Positions 37,542 through 51,829 of a DNA stretch of 64,000 bases are shown piece by piece; position 1 is the stretch's first letter, and each line of letters starts with the position of its first letter. Source of the DNA: Octopus vulgaris (taxonomy: Eukaryota); contig OX597843.1 of assembly GCA_951406725.2 (NCBI GenBank), positions 20,894,001 to 20,958,000 of the forward strand. Reading direction: 5' to 3'. The notes under the pieces were generated by a model. It worked only from the letters and a program-made list of their open reading frames with translations. It had not been told where the DNA came from and searched no databases. A program made the translations under genes and the position numbers.

Positions 37542-38039
37542 ATAGATAGATAGATAATTTAGATAGAGCGAGAGAGACAGATAGAAACATACAAAGATAC
37601 ATACATACTTACTTATATATACATACATACTTAGATAAAAAGAATAATATTAAAAATCGGTATGCTAATCACGTAGCCATCTTCCGACATCAGGACACAA
37701 GCAAAGCTAAGTTCGCTGCCTATTCTTTATTAACATTTTGTAATCTTTCCAGCCCTTTAATTTAAGAACTAAAAAGGATTACACTTTCACCTTTTCTACT
37801 TTTTCATTTTTAGATTTTTGTGTTTTCATTTTCTTTTTTTTTTAACTTTCTACATTTTCTACATGCTATATTCTCAGTTTTCTCAAGTTTCTTCTCTTAT
37901 TCATTTTTCTTTAGTTCGTAATGATATGTTGTTTGTGCCTGGTGTATTTGTTTGAGATATCCCCCAACATATGAAACTGAACTTAAAGTCAGGTACTGTG
38001 TCTATTAAATTAATAAATAGTATATATATTGTTGTTTGT

Positions 38040-38240
38040 TCATTCTCGAGCCATGCCTGGATCATAAGGGACGGGGCACTGGACCTCTGCCGGTGAGCTG
38101 CTAGAAGTAGGAGGAAAGAGTGAGAGAATGTGGTGGAGCTGAGGAGTTCCGCTCATAAACAAACATCGCATAATCTGAGATTCGAAACCGCGATCCCTCG
38201 AGCGCGAGTCTGCTGCTCTAACCACTAGAACTTCTCCCTC
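38040..38240 (-). mobile_element. tRNA-derived SINE (Arg-like)
   Basis: A/B boxes on the minus strand; longer paralog of 2310-2420. Confidence 0.75.
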
Positions 38241-38299
38241 CATATATATATGCTCATGTGCCTCCATATATATATACATATATACACGATGTTGGGCCC

Positions 38300-39585
38300 G
38301 GCTTTACTCGTGTTTTCCGTTTAGAAGTTAAGCCCATCTCTGACCTTGTATTGAAATCTTCTACATTCTCTCTACCAACTGTTACCAATTAAGATGTTAT
38401 ATCTGATTCGGCAGGGATTTTACCCGCTTAACGCTTTTGACATACTCCTACATACTGGACCGTCTGAAATAGCAGTGAAACGTTTGGGTGTACTTCGACA
38501 CATTGAGAGTGATGTCTGTTTATTTCTCCCCCCTGAATGTCATTCTTGGTACAAAATTAAGCGGTGTGTCCAATCTGAGTAAAATCTAAAGAAAAGTGGT
38601 ACGGTTATGTCATAAAATAGAATCCATGTGACCATTTACATGAAAATATTCCATTGACATTTTAATCTCAATACGTTATATAAATAACCGACGTTTTATA
38701 TATTATAATTTTACACACTGGACAATTTTCTTCAAAATCAGTTCGTTATTTCATTGTGAATGATTTTGACGATTTCTGCCTTTCATCATTTTAATTTTAA
38801 TGCTACTACATGACTCAGGCCTTAAACTTTACCTAAAAGTCGAAGTTCATCAAAATCGGATGAATTGTGTAAAAGTTACAGCCTAAAATACTAATCCTAT
38901 GTGTGATTGCATACAATAAGCCGATTGATTTTTTAAAACGCAGTTATCGATTTTTTGTCAACTCTTCATCTGGTATCAACTAATGGACATGAACTGTAAT
39001 CACGTGTAAAATTTCTACAAAATCGTTAATAATGTCTGTATGCACATTTATCTACACTTCATATTTCATTAAAATCGGATGAAAAATATGAAATTTACGG
39101 CCAAAAATAAATCCCCTATGGGTATTTGCACGCAAAACGTCTATTGATTTTATAAAACCACTGCTCCGGCCCAATTACCTTTTTTTTCTCAACGTCATAT
39201 ACTGAAATCAACTCACTGCCATGAGCCTTGCTCACTCATCGACTTTCATTAAAATTGGACAAAAAATGCAAAAGCTGCTGGGAAAATAACATCGTTATGG
39301 GAATGTGCGAGGTTAATGAACAAAATTTTAAAATGTCGCCATTGTTTTCAAATTAGGTTTCACATTTTGTTTGAAAAAATGTGTGGATTACAATGGTGAT
39401 CACCGATTTCCAAAGCTTTTCATTTAAAACTTTTGTTAATGCCTCGTTCAAAAGCATTGGCCAAAACCACTACCGATTGGGATTGGAGATTTGAAAAAAA
39501 GAAAACACATTCAAACAATTTTTAAAGACCGTCCTGCCATCATTTCAAACGTTGAGGTGAAAACAAAAATGAAAATCATCACCAG
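38300..39585. repeat. Second copy of the 2570-3950 non-coding repeat
   Basis: Colinear high similarity including flanks. Confidence 0.8.
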
Positions 39586-39625
39586 GAGTGCAGGAGTGGC
39601 TCTGTGGTAAGTAGCTCGCTTACCT

Positions 39626-41493
39626 AATTGAGCATGTGCGAATCAGAGTTGTGTTTGATACTGAAACTATAAAGACGTGTTTTTGAAGCAGTCTTAAATT
39701 GAAGATATTTGAAACTCAGCTGTAAAGTAAGAATTTTTGTGGGTCTAGTGGGGACCTGTTGTCTACCGCAATTATTATTTGCAAACAAGTAGTCCTCACT
39801 GGATTCTAGTCTACCTGTAGCTGAGCGAATATTTTTTCACTTAACTGTGAAAATTATTGTTTTTGTGGGCGTATCCTGCCGCAAAATTTTGTTTGAGAAT
39901 CGTGTTTGTCCAGGAATAACTCTGGGAATTTTTAGAAAAGATTTCAACAATATTGTTCCTGTTAAGGATTACCTATGAGAAGAAAATTGGAATGATTTGC
40001 GTTAAAATTTTGGCCTGGAGTACCGAGTGTCCTTTGCTGTGTTTTGAACTGCTGCTCTGTCTTCACCCCTCTTTTATTTAAAAAAGACTCTTTATTGAAC
40101 TGTTAATTTTTTCTCCTTCCATTTTGTTTAGACTATTTTCTCTTCCTTCTTTTTCCTTAATTATTTTGTATTTTATGAGGTGTTTTTTTTTTCTTTTATT
40201 AAAAGAAACATTGCAAAGAACAATGGAATGTTGGTGGAGTGGGAATTTATACCACCCAAAAGATGATTAAAAGAACTTGAAAGTAAGACGGTGGTTTTGA
40301 GGACCTACTCTAGGATCCTCGACGCCATTGCCGTTTTCAAAAAATATTAACGAAAGAGAGATGGCAGAATTTAAGCCAGCTATTAAGTTTATCACTCGGA
40401 GGGTCAAATATGCAACCGTGTGGTACTATTTTACATCCCAGAAGTGGATTGTGATTTTGCGTGCCAGCTCCTGGAAGGCAATGAAATTTTGTTTCTTCCC
40501 ACTTATTGTGGGAAGAATTTGACGAGGGCTTGGGTTTGCGGCTTTCCACCCGGTGCTGAGCCCGAGTGGATAGGAGATACTATCCGCCGGGGTCTAGGTG
40601 GCAGTAGCACCAAGCTCTTCAATGTAAATATTCTGCCTGCGGCTTACTGGGAGGGGTCAAAAGCTGTTTTGACCCTCTGGACCAAGTCAGCCGAAAGTCT
40701 TGTATTTCCAGACTTTTTGAGAATCGGCTGGTCCAAGTATCCGGTGATGCTTGAGGGAGCCCCCTCCAAGTGTTATCGGTGCCTGGAGCCTGGCCATATA
40801 AAAAGTAACTGTCCTCAACTGCAAAGCTAAGTCCTGGAGCTGTTGACGGAGACCTCTGTAGAAGAAGGAATGCAGGCGGCTTATGAGACAGAGGATGCCT
40901 CAAAGAAGAGCCGCAAAAGGAAGAAGGTGAGTAATAATGGGTGCTCACCGAAGGATTCTGGGAATGCGGGAGGGGAGGCACATGTTCCGATCACGGACGA
41001 GATGCACCCTCCCCTAGTCAAGAAGCAAAAAGAGGATAAAGGAGAAACGGGATATTGCCGATAGTCGGAGACATGGAGCCTCATCGGTGGGGGTCGTGCC
41101 ACTGGCGGGGCGGCGTGGGTAGACACACTTGGTAAGAATTTTTCCGCCAATGGTAGGATTGATTACCTCGGACCCGCAGGAGGAAGAACTGCTGTTCTTC
41201 TGTTATAGAGGGGGAGTGGTGGAAAAGGTGGCGGTAGAACACTACAACGGAGTACCTTTGGCCTTCGCACGGTAACCCGAATGGCCTCCGCAGATGGCTG
41301 TGGAGTTCATAACGTTGTGCATATTTCATAGGGTGTGGGGACTAAAAGAGGAATATCGCTCGTGACCGGGTGACGCCAACTCGGAGCATACCTTGATTTT
41401 AAATGTAGCATGGGCGATGCTGGAGTACACGTACTCAAGCGATGAAGAGGATTGACAAGAGGTTGAAAAGCCTCAGTGTTATAATGTGTAAGA
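39626..41493 (+). mobile_element. ORF1-only retroelement, duplicate of 3990-5830
   Basis: CYRCLEPGHIKSNCP knuckle; same upstream SINE-head junction (39590-39625). Confidence 0.75.
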
Positions 41494-41663
41494 ATTTAAG
41501 AGATAAAAAGGGAGGCTAAGAGAAATGGTGGTAGTGGTTGTGGGTGTGGTGGTAGTTAGTATTTCAAATCCCCTATCACATAACGCATGCTCAGAAATGC
41601 AATTCCATGAAATATTCACACTTATATACAGTGCCATAGGTACGGCGTATATATATTTTACAA

Positions 41664-41707
<44 letters not shown>

Positions 41708-41708
<1 letters not shown>

Positions 41709-41991
41709 GAGGTGCAATGGCCTAGTGGTTAGGGCAGCGGACTTGCGGTCGTAGGGTCACGGTTTCGATTCCTTGTGAGTGTATATTGAGCGAAAACACC
41801 TAAAAGCACCACGAGGCTCCGGCAGGGGGTGGTGATCCCTGCTGTACTCTTTCACCACTCTTTCTCCCACTCTTTCGTCTGTTGACCTGCTCGCTTACCC
41901 AGCGGGGTGGCGTCATTTGAAGGCTAAAACAATGCGAACACATTGTGACCAGCGATGTGTAGCAACATCTGATGGTCTGGTCGGTCACATG
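41708..41991 (+). mobile_element. tRNA-derived SINE (Arg-like)
   Basis: tggcctagtggttagggc (A box) and ggtttcgattcc (B box), between microsatellites. Confidence 0.85.
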
Positions 41992-42010
41992 ATAATGATG
42001 ATGGTGATGA

Positions 42011-42048
<38 letters not shown>

Positions 42049-42049
42049 G

Positions 42050-44656
42050 AAAGTACCAGGAGTGTAAATGTACAATTGCAAAAGTGTGAACTACACTTCA
42101 GAAGAAGGGATTATATAAGGGGTTACAATTTTTCCACAAGCAATGAAATAGCTGCACCCTGGAAATAGAGACATTCTTGTCTATCCATGGAATACACATG
42201 CAGAGCGAATCTCGCAGACATAGTGCCATCTAGTCCCAATGAGTTATTCACTTCTATTACCTCATGGAAAGTCCGGATGGCACTGTGGGATTCTATATGT
42301 GGCGAAACGCAGAACATCCGCTCGCAGACGACTCACGATGTAATTTAGGGTTGCTGATTGCAGTACCTAGGGGACCATCAGGCCCAGTTGCTCGTAGAGC
42401 AGTACAGTGGTCTTATGGACTACATGCAGAGAGGAGCGTTGAAGAAGTGAACACTGTAGGAGGTGAAATCTATGCAAGATATAAAGATGCGTACATATGA
42501 GTTGGTCTCCTCCAAAATTATGTGATGTTGGAACATGCCATACTAAAGGTGCTGCATATCAGATGGCATTTCGGCCGCGTATCACGTTTGTTGTCCTTTG
42601 CACCTATTCAAATCATTCAAATGTCCTTCGCCTGAGGAACACTCACAAGAATACCATCATGGTAGATTATGCTCAGTGAGGTGTGAATGCATACTCTACA
42701 CTCTATAAATTCTATGCAAATTGAAAATGGCATTAGCTGCCTTAATATTGGCTTGTCTGAACCAGTTCGAGTGTAACGGGTAGGGCATAAACATGACATG
42801 AACCACCCCGGCATTGCAACCGTTACCGATGAGCAGAGAGTGATGGCTGAAGCATTCATTGAAGACAGTTGATAAGAAAAGGTGAGGTGAGGTGCTGGAA
42901 TGTTCCTGCTTCTATGCAGAGGTTCCTGGAGGTTGGGACAAGAATTACATATTTAATACGCTGATCTCACATCTACGAAGGAGAAACTATCAAGTGGTGC
43001 GTGCAGAGGCATAGCTTCACCATTGATGTCTGGTGGAGGGACGGTGCACAGTTTGCGCAAATTGCCCGTTCCTCTGTTGGAAAGTAGCTTTTGCAGTGTA
43101 CCACCCATCTCTGACCAGAAATTATTTGAGAAATTTGTATTTCATCATTATAGATGAAGCTTCCATGATCCCTCTTTATGCTTTTCATGCTAATGACAAA
43201 GCTCTGAAAGAAATCACTGGCAACAATGGTTTCGGTTGAAAAGTTGTGCTCATTGGTAGAGACTTCAGGCAAGTTCTGCCAATATTGCCAAGAGGAACTC
43301 GTGAGGCAGTAATTCAGATCTCCATTAAGAACTCTATTCTCTGGCTACACTTCAGACATTTATATGTTGAGCCAAAATAGAGCAATAACAGATCGAAGAG
43401 AATTTGCAACATGGCCACTACACTTTGACAATGGCACCACAGCTCTTTTGCAAGATCCAAGTGAGTCAGTGATGATGTAAACCTGCGACGTGATTCATGC
43501 TTTAATGGGTCGCTGATAAATGATGCTTTTTGGCAATGCCCCTCAAGAACAAAGAACAAGTAGATCGATCCACTCACCAAAAAGTTCAGACTGCTTAAAG
43601 ATAAACGAAGGGGTTATGGATAAACTCCAAGGTGACCAGTGTTTTTAATACAGCATGGATAACGTCTTCACAGATGACCTGCTGAAGCTGAGTGATATCC
43701 ACTGGAATTTCTGATTTCATGGTTACCACCTGGAATGCCACCTCCTAGATTGCATTTGAAACCTGACTCCATAATCATGCCCCTGAGGAATATTTCAATT
43801 GAAAATGGTCTCTATAACGGAACATGACTGGAAGTGGAGGCCTTCAATCAAAACTCGATTGAAGCCTCAATAATAAGTGGCACATTGATCGGGGGACGTA
43901 TTCTCATTCACAGAATAAGGCTGGCACTGAGATACCAAGCCCCGTTCGCTTGACAATTGCAATGACTATCAATAAATCACATGGGCAGATATTTGATAAA
44001 CTGGATCTATTCTCTCCTTAACTGCGTATTAATGTTCAGCTATATGTCGTTTCCCTAGGGCTCACAAACATTATCTGATATTAAGGTTAAAGTTATCAAC
44101 ACTGACAAACAAGGGAAAAGAAGAGGGAGAGGTTACGCGAACAACACAATCTGTAACGAAGTATTGGATTGAAAGGTGTACGCAAATTGAAATATATATA
44201 ATCTCTGATGCACCGCCTTTCTTATGAACTACCAACGATGTGGCTTTCAGACGATGCCATGTTGCATTAAATTTTCAACCCTATATTTTACCTATAAAAT
44301 CATTTTTTTACTATAATATTTTTGTTTTCTTGATATGAATTTGTGACCATGTAAAATTTAAAATGTAATTTTTTTCTCTGTATGGGGTAAATGGAAAAAA
44401 TATTAAATTTTTATTTTATGATTGCTGTGTATTAAGTCTATAACATCGTACATGATGTATATAAAGTACATATATACAGTGCATTAAGTAATCATCGTAT
44501 TTCAGTTTCCTTCAATTTTCATTGAATAGCAGATGAGAAACATTCTTTTCATACACACACAACACAGTCTACGCTTTCAGATTTTTTGGATAAATTTTTC
44601 AGGAGTCACCGAAAAGTTTTATTATTAATTTCGTGGAATATTCATGGATCCCGCTA
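42050..44656 (+). mobile_element. Helitron remnant with PIF1-like helicase and probable 3' end
   Basis: IIIDEASMIP, DFRQVLP, GMPP..LHLK, LYNGT, AMTINKSHGQ. 42080-42900 is similar to parts of 33340-34870. Decayed terminal hairpin plus CTA near 44630-44656. Confidence 0.88.
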
Positions 44657-44957
44657 CCGAAATAATAAATGCTGAGTATTAAGAATCAGATGAAGTGAGA
44701 AAAGAGGACAATGAGAGAGAAGGGTGAGACAATTATGACAATCAATATTATGATCGTGATGATGATGACGAAGATGATGATGATGATGATGACAGCGATA
44801 ATGTTGATCATAAAAACGGTGTTGAAGGTTGTTCTGATGATGAGGATGAATATGACGAGACAGAAGATGAGAATGTTGATATTGATATTATCACTGAATA
44901 TTCTAACAATTCAGATGTAAAAGAAGAGGAGGAGAACAATAGGATGAAGATGAAATG

Positions 44958-45490
44958 AAGAATTCCTGCAGATTACTCAATAGTTCAACGAAGGTATTTT
45001 CTGGTTCGTTGATCTTTAGCTTCATGTTAACATCCACTGGGCAGCTGATTTCCACAAGTTACACAGTTTCTCTCCTCAATCCCAAATCACCATGTCAGGT
45101 CTATTGTGTTTACATTTCATTGGGATTTCCACTGGGACATTCCGGCAGCACTCCATTTTATTGGTAGCAGTTTTATCTTGCACCATATTGTGGGATTTTA
45201 TTTCTTTATCTTTGGAATTAACCTTCCGACGGATTTGATTATACAGTGTCCTAGCTACATCATGTCACATCGGTAGATAATATCATGATGGCATTTTCGG
45301 ACAACTGCTTGTAATATGGGTGATATCTTCGGTGTTACCCCACGTAATCTGCATCGGCTGTCACGCTTTACTGTTTTGCCTGCACCTTTGTCCCTTTTGT
45401 GCATTAGGTATTTGGTTGATATTTCCTGTTCCTGGATTGCAAACGGATACCCTTCAAATTAGGAGATAGTAATCCGGTTTTTGGACCATG
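44958..45490 (-). mobile_element. R4/Dong-type LINE 3' remnant (RLE domain)
   Basis: Minus strand gives NVPVEIPMKCKHNRPDMVIWD and a decayed CRL..H..C knuckle. Confidence 0.7.
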
Positions 45491-45745
45491 TATATATGTA
45501 TGTACGGATGAACCTACCTTTTATCTCTTACCTGTACTAGCCAGTATACGGCGACCATACTGGAGTATCACAATTAAAAAGTATTACTCGAACAAATCGA
45601 ACTCATTACTTATTTTTATAAAGTTTACTACTTATTCTATCAGTCCCTTTTGCTGAAGCGTTAATTTGCAGAGACGCAAACAGACCACCACCTTTGAGCT
45701 TGTGTTTGTCCCCTACCATCTCTTGACAATATATATGTATATATA

Positions 45746-45960
45746 TCTAATACATCAAATCCGTCCTGTCTGTTTGTGCGCTTATAACTCGAGTATTTTT
45801 TATCCGATCGCACTGTAATTTTAAACATGGGCACATGAGAGAGCAGGGCGTTCTGTAATCTAAAAAGATTTTGAAAATTGCTGGTTTCAAAATAAGAATC
45901 GCTATTTTTGTAATCTTTTCGTCCTGTTTTTCCGCCATTAAAAGCAACGAACTTGTTCAG
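45746..45960 (+). mobile_element. Possible non-autonomous Helitron 5' end
   Basis: Starts A|TCTAATACAT followed by gtcctgtctgtttgt..ataactcg, a layout typical of small Helitrons. Confidence 0.4.
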
Positions 45961-46727
45961 AGAGCCAGCACATACCATTTAGCTAGCAACAAGTGGCGTA
46001 CATGATGACAGTCAGCCAAAACCATCGCTATGCTGTCTCTCGTCATTCCTCTCTCTGTCTCTCTTATGATGTCCGATTCCACTTGAAGTTGTATATATAT
46101 TGTGTTAAGATTCGTTTTCAATCATTTATCCTTATGGAGAAGAAACAGACAAAAGTAACCACCACATACAATAAAGAAACATCACCACTACTTTACACCG
46201 TCCAAGTTAACCCTCTTCACTTTTGCACATGGCATGAAAAACTACGCAAAAAAGAGAAAAGATCAATTGCTATTAAAACAGGTAAGATTTTGGGGTTAAT
46301 AACCTTAACCTTTAGTTACAGTTTCTCATTCAAACTACATAATGGGTAGGGTTTTTGAGGGAGATTTGGCTGCTATTTCACCTAGGTAAATTGTAGAGGT
46401 CTGCTTCATTGGCTCAAACATAAATATATACATACATATATACATAAAATCGAAATAAAATTCGTAAAGCAACAGATGTCAAATAGAAAAGCCAAGGTCC
46501 ATGCAGTGTCATGGGCCAAAAAATTTCCAACTTCTTGCCTAATGCGAGCCCAGAGCAATCTTTTATCTCTTACACTATTTCAGTATTACGTCTGTATTGT
46601 AATGCGAGATAATACTTTCAGTTTGAAAGAAGCCTATCCTATATATATTCCATATGCATTCCAAAACCGAATTACAGATTTTGACGTATGGGGTTTCACA
46701 TGTCACAGATAAATTCCTCTATTTACA

Positions 46728-49085
46728 TAATACTGGATGCGTTGAACACTGTTTTTCGATTTGGAAAGCGATCCAGGACGCCAAACAGAACAAGAAAACT
46801 CTGAACGTGGTAAGGCTCGACCTAGCTAACGCGTATGGTTCAGTGCCACACGAATTACTAATAACAGCCATGGACCACTTTCATATTCCTGACAAAGTGA
46901 TCAAAATAATGAGGATATACTATGACAGTTTCGAAATGAGGTTTACACCTGGAAATTGTACAACAAATTGGCACCGATGAGAGGTTGGCATTGCTGCTGG
47001 CTGTACAATATCTGTCACATGGTTTTTCTTGGTCATGGAGTTGATTTTAAAAGGTGTAGATTTTCCGGAACAAATCGCCCATGTACAATCGCCTAAGAAA
47101 GCCTTCATGGATGACGTGTCACTTCTAGCTACAGATAAACAAATCATGCAGAATGACCTCTTGAGATTAGACGAACTTGTAAGGTGGTCAAGGATGCGAT
47201 TTAGAGCAAAAAAGTCGTGTAGTCTGACATTTGTTAAGGGAGTCAGAAAGAATTTAAGTTCCGGATATCTGAAGAAAGCATTCCAACAGTCAAGGAAGAG
47301 CCCGTCAAGAGCTTGGGACGAGTATACGCTGGAACATTGTCAGACAGAAGTCATGGGATTGAAATTATGAAACAGGCCGAGGCTGGGTTATCAGCGATTG
47401 ATAATTCGAAGTTACCAGGTAAATATAAAATTTGGTGCTTGCAGTTCAGCTTGTACCCGCGACTTGCGTGGCCACTTTTAATATACGAAGTAGCATTGTC
47501 ACGAGTTGAAAGCATTGAAAAAAAATGTAATGTGTTCATTAGAAAGTGGCTAGGCCTACCTCGTATGTTGAACAACTCAGCTCTTTATCATAAAAGAGGT
47601 TCGTTGCAGCTACCAATAGCATCAATATTCGAACTATATAAGCTGGGGAAGATACGGACGGTCATGATGCTGAGAGAATCGAAGGATATGGAAATCAGGC
47701 GTAACCCACCAGAGATGAACACAGCCAGGAAGTGGAAAGTAGAAGCAGAAACTGACGACATTTTGTCTTCTCTTATACACAGAGATATGGTGGGAACAAC
47801 GCAGAATCATCGGAAAGGACTTGGTTTTGGCGCAGATCAATTCAGACCGTTTGCAAGCATGATGAGGAGTGAACGCAGATCTGTTGTTAGCAACAGCGTC
47901 AAAACAAGAGAAGCAGAGAGAAGAGATCTTCATTTGATCCGATGTGTTCATCAAGGTCAGATGACGAGATGGGAAGAACATGTTGTTGAGAGGAAGATAA
48001 GTTGGGTTGAGATGTGAAAGTGGACGACATCTCGGCTGAGTTTCCTGATTCGTTCATCTCGTGATGTTTTGCCATCACCTACGAATCTAGTAAGATGGAA
48101 CGTCTTAGAGAATGTGGAAAGGTCGGTACACTAAAACATATTCTTTCCAACTGTTCATTAGCATTGAACAGGTATACATGGAGGCACAACTTGGTCCTTA
48201 AGGTTATCTTCAATGCTATAAAGAACGAAATTCATCTCAACAACACTGAGGAAAAACCGTTGAAAGTACCATCAAGAGATTTCATTACCTTCGTGCGACC
48301 AGGTCAGCGGATCCGTTTCAAGAAGTATGGTCAAGAAACTTCCTGAGAAAAATGAAAAGTGGAACGGCTATTGGGAGGTAACTGCAGATTTACCTGGGTG
48401 CCAGGTTTTCTTTTCCATCCCAGTTTCGAAAAAAACATATATTTTGATGTGGTGTGAAAGAAAGAAAGTTGTAAATATAGTCGAGCTAACGGTTCCTCAT
48501 GAAGATAATATGAACGCCGCTCGGGCTCGAAAATTGAACCGTTATGAAAACCTCCTCGAGGAATGTGAAGACGCAGGCTGGAAAGTGGAACATTTTCCTA
48601 GCGAAGTCGGATGTAGAGGGTTTGTTGGATACAGCGTGAGACGACTGTTGTTATCGCTAGGCCTAACTCATCGTAAAGTCAATACCACTATGTCTGATAT
48701 CCAATCTACAGTGGAGAAGGCTAGCCACTGGATTTGGTTAACAAGAGACTATGAGCGATGGCTAGAAGTATATTGAGTTTAACTTCATAACCAGCTGATC
48801 TAGCAAGCGGGGCCTCATATCAGTGAGGGGGGCCGGTGCGAATTGATGCCGTCGAGAGGTAGGCCCCGAAACGGCGCGCATTCTCTCCTGATGACCCATA
48901 CACTTGCTAGCTTCCGGTATACGGAGCTTTCAACTGGTAGCACGAGCATGTGCAAGTTGTTTGCAAGACATATATATTCAAATAAATTCTCTCTCTCTGA
49001 TCCACAGATGCAGTTCACAGATCCTTGATGATCCTACTAATGGACAGTAAAGATACACGAAACCTAGAAAAAAACCTCTATGAAT
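46728..49085 (+). mobile_element. HERO-type RLE LINE, second (divergent) family, 5'-truncated
   Basis: GCVEH, LDLANAYGSVPH, GIAAGCTIS, KAFMDD, RKWLGLP, CGKVGTLKHILSNC, RYTWRHN, VELTVPHED, EVGCRGF. Confidence 0.88.
48800..48910 (+). ncRNA. HERO 3' UTR pseudoknotted hammerhead-like RNA, intact core
   Basis: GTC (48851-53), GAAA (48868-71) and CTGATGA (48888-94), with paired stems covarying against 62971-63059. Confidence 0.7.
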
Positions 49086-51788
49086 AAATTATGTAAATGT
49101 CCCGCCCTGTGATTTTTATTTGTTCCTCAAGATGAAGGAGTTGAAGGGGACTGTAACAGGGGTCCTGGAGACACTCCCTTTCAGATGAGATTTCAGCTTA
49201 GGCCTGTAGATTATTTTTCGAAAGCTGCACCGTGAGAGGTTCCACAGGTTAATGTGCCCCTTGGTTATCCAAACGGTAATCGATGCGAGATGAAGAACTG
49301 ATTTTAGTATAAGTCATTTACGCAATTCGGTAGCTTAATAACACCTACGTTTGATAGGTCCGAAGACGTCAGTAGTAATACTGTTTGGAAACATGGCGGT
49401 TCTGTCCACTGTCATGACAGAGGTTCCTCTGTCAAGCATCATGTCTATGTTACCGTTGGTGAATGAATGAGGTTCAAACTAAGACTACGCCTGTCATATT
49501 GTTTCATATGGCTTCAACTCTATGCGTAAATTGAATGAAGTATGGTTGTTATGCCTTGTCAAAGTGCAATCCGTGTTTGGTCCAGTGCAATGTTTTATCC
49601 ATATTAAGCATACTCAAACCCTAAACCTAACCCTATATTTAGAGGCTGCTCCCAATTCTATCACTTACAGTATACTCATATGCAACAACAAGCTATAGAA
49701 GAGTACCTCTCTGTTAAATAATTTTGCTGAATTCAAATGTGGAATCCATTCTTTAGGATTACGTCTAGATTTCAAGATACCCAAACCCTCAATTTTCACT
49801 ATTTTCCTCATATTTAAGGGGAAATATATTGGGAAATGTAGTACGAATGTCTATTATGGTTTATCGATTATTTTATTAAAGGTCTGGTGTAAACATCGGG
49901 TAATGAAATAATGGCCGCAGCGAGCATTAGTCCCAGGGTATTTTAATGTGAATGAACAGACTTTAGTTCAGCCGGAGAAAATCATCCAACATCCATGTCT
50001 TATCAAGGCAGATTGTAATTAAATACGATGCTGGGCTATTGAGGTTCAGCACTAATGAAAACCATTCGAACACAAATTCATGAAAAAATAGGCATGAACA
50101 ATAATGTAAACTGTCTGTAGAAATTTAGAGATATTTGCTAGCTTTTCAGTAGAAGTTCAAAACATCCTAGCTTTGAAGACAATGCAATTTCTATGTATAT
50201 TAGTACGTTCTTCATAAGCTGGTTTATTCGAAAACAAAACAAAGACATTCTCTGGATCCAGTATCTTACAATTCTGATGTGATCGTATTAAATTGATGTC
50301 CGTTTCGGATTCTGTGTGTCAAAAGGCTCCCAGTTCGTCTCCAGTTATTTCGTTCGCCTGACGATATTCCCAAATTATTGTCTTGAATAATGTTCAAATT
50401 GTTTATACACCAAGAACAGGGATTTATATTTTCATACCATTGGATTCTGACAGATTTCATATTTTCTTTCAAATAGGAGTAAAGCAGGCTTGAAACCGAT
50501 TCACAGGATGACCAAGTCTAGAAGGAAGGGGAAAAAATGATATTCTTCAACTGAAGAATGTTTAAGACAATATGGACTACACTAAAGGCACTTAAAATTA
50601 CTAGGTGGTGGTTTTGAACAGAGATGTGGTTTAAGACTACCATTGAAATAGATAATTAGAGACAGAGAAAGGATACAGCATAGCCGTGGACATGGTGTTG
50701 AAACACGGTCATTTGTAATGGGCTGAAGATTAGACAAGTGTCCTTCACAATCTTACTTGTAAACTTACACTTCGCTGAGCATTATTAGCAGTGAAGATCT
50801 TTCTTGGCGCAAGTAGATCCTTTGCATAGCTAGTACGGTATTTTAAAGTCCAATCCTTCTCTTTGCAGCCATAACTTCAGACTATTTACAATGCTCAAGT
50901 GAAGCACACAATGAAGAAATCTTTCTACATCTGGAAGGGTGATACACATCCGGGATTGCATCGAAAGAAGGGTGACGTGGCTAAATTTTACTCTATCCCT
51001 AACAGACATAATCTAACAGCTATCTCGCAGGCAGGATTTCTCTTCTCTTTGTTTTGCCACTGTCACTGTCATGCTACAGATTCTTGTAGGAGTTGGCTGA
51101 GCTCTTGACCCCACCAAGCACGTACTACCGACTCACTCATCTATTCCTTTGCTCCTCGATCTTAAACATCAGTTCGTTTTCAGTATGAACCTCTGTGCTA
51201 AACACTTCAAACCCTTCATCAATCCTGCAAATGTTTGCCTGTAGCAGCTTAAACGGAACGTTCATGGTATCTATCTCAGATTTCATTCAATTCGCGCTTA
51301 AATTATGAAAGATGAAAATATCTAACTTATTAAACAGAACATTGACTTTGCTATTCCACATCTTCAGATTTACGAGGTTTAAAGAATAACATTAAAAAAA
51401 CATTGCTATTTGATTTACATTAGGATTTCTCAAATGGTCAAAACGTTCCAAATTAGTTGACAAATGGGACTGATCGAACGAATCGATCCACTTTAGTATT
51501 TGAATATTTGATTAAAACTTGAAGTGATTAATGCTGTGTTGCGAAGAGCGAGAGAAAAGATGGAGTAGAGGGAAAAAGCGGGTAAGGTGAAGAGCGAGGG
51601 AAAAAGAGGCAGAGAGAAAAAGAGGGAGGCAAAAAGAGGGTAAGAGAAGCGTCTATGACGTGTGGTAGGGGGAACGTAATAGTTATTACGTGGTTAAAAA
51701 TGTTGGTTGAAGGTATTGATATAGAGGAGAGTGAGAAACAGAATTGTAGCAGAGGATTGATGTTCTGATGGTGAGATTAAAGGAAGGC

Positions 51789-51829
<41 letters not shown>

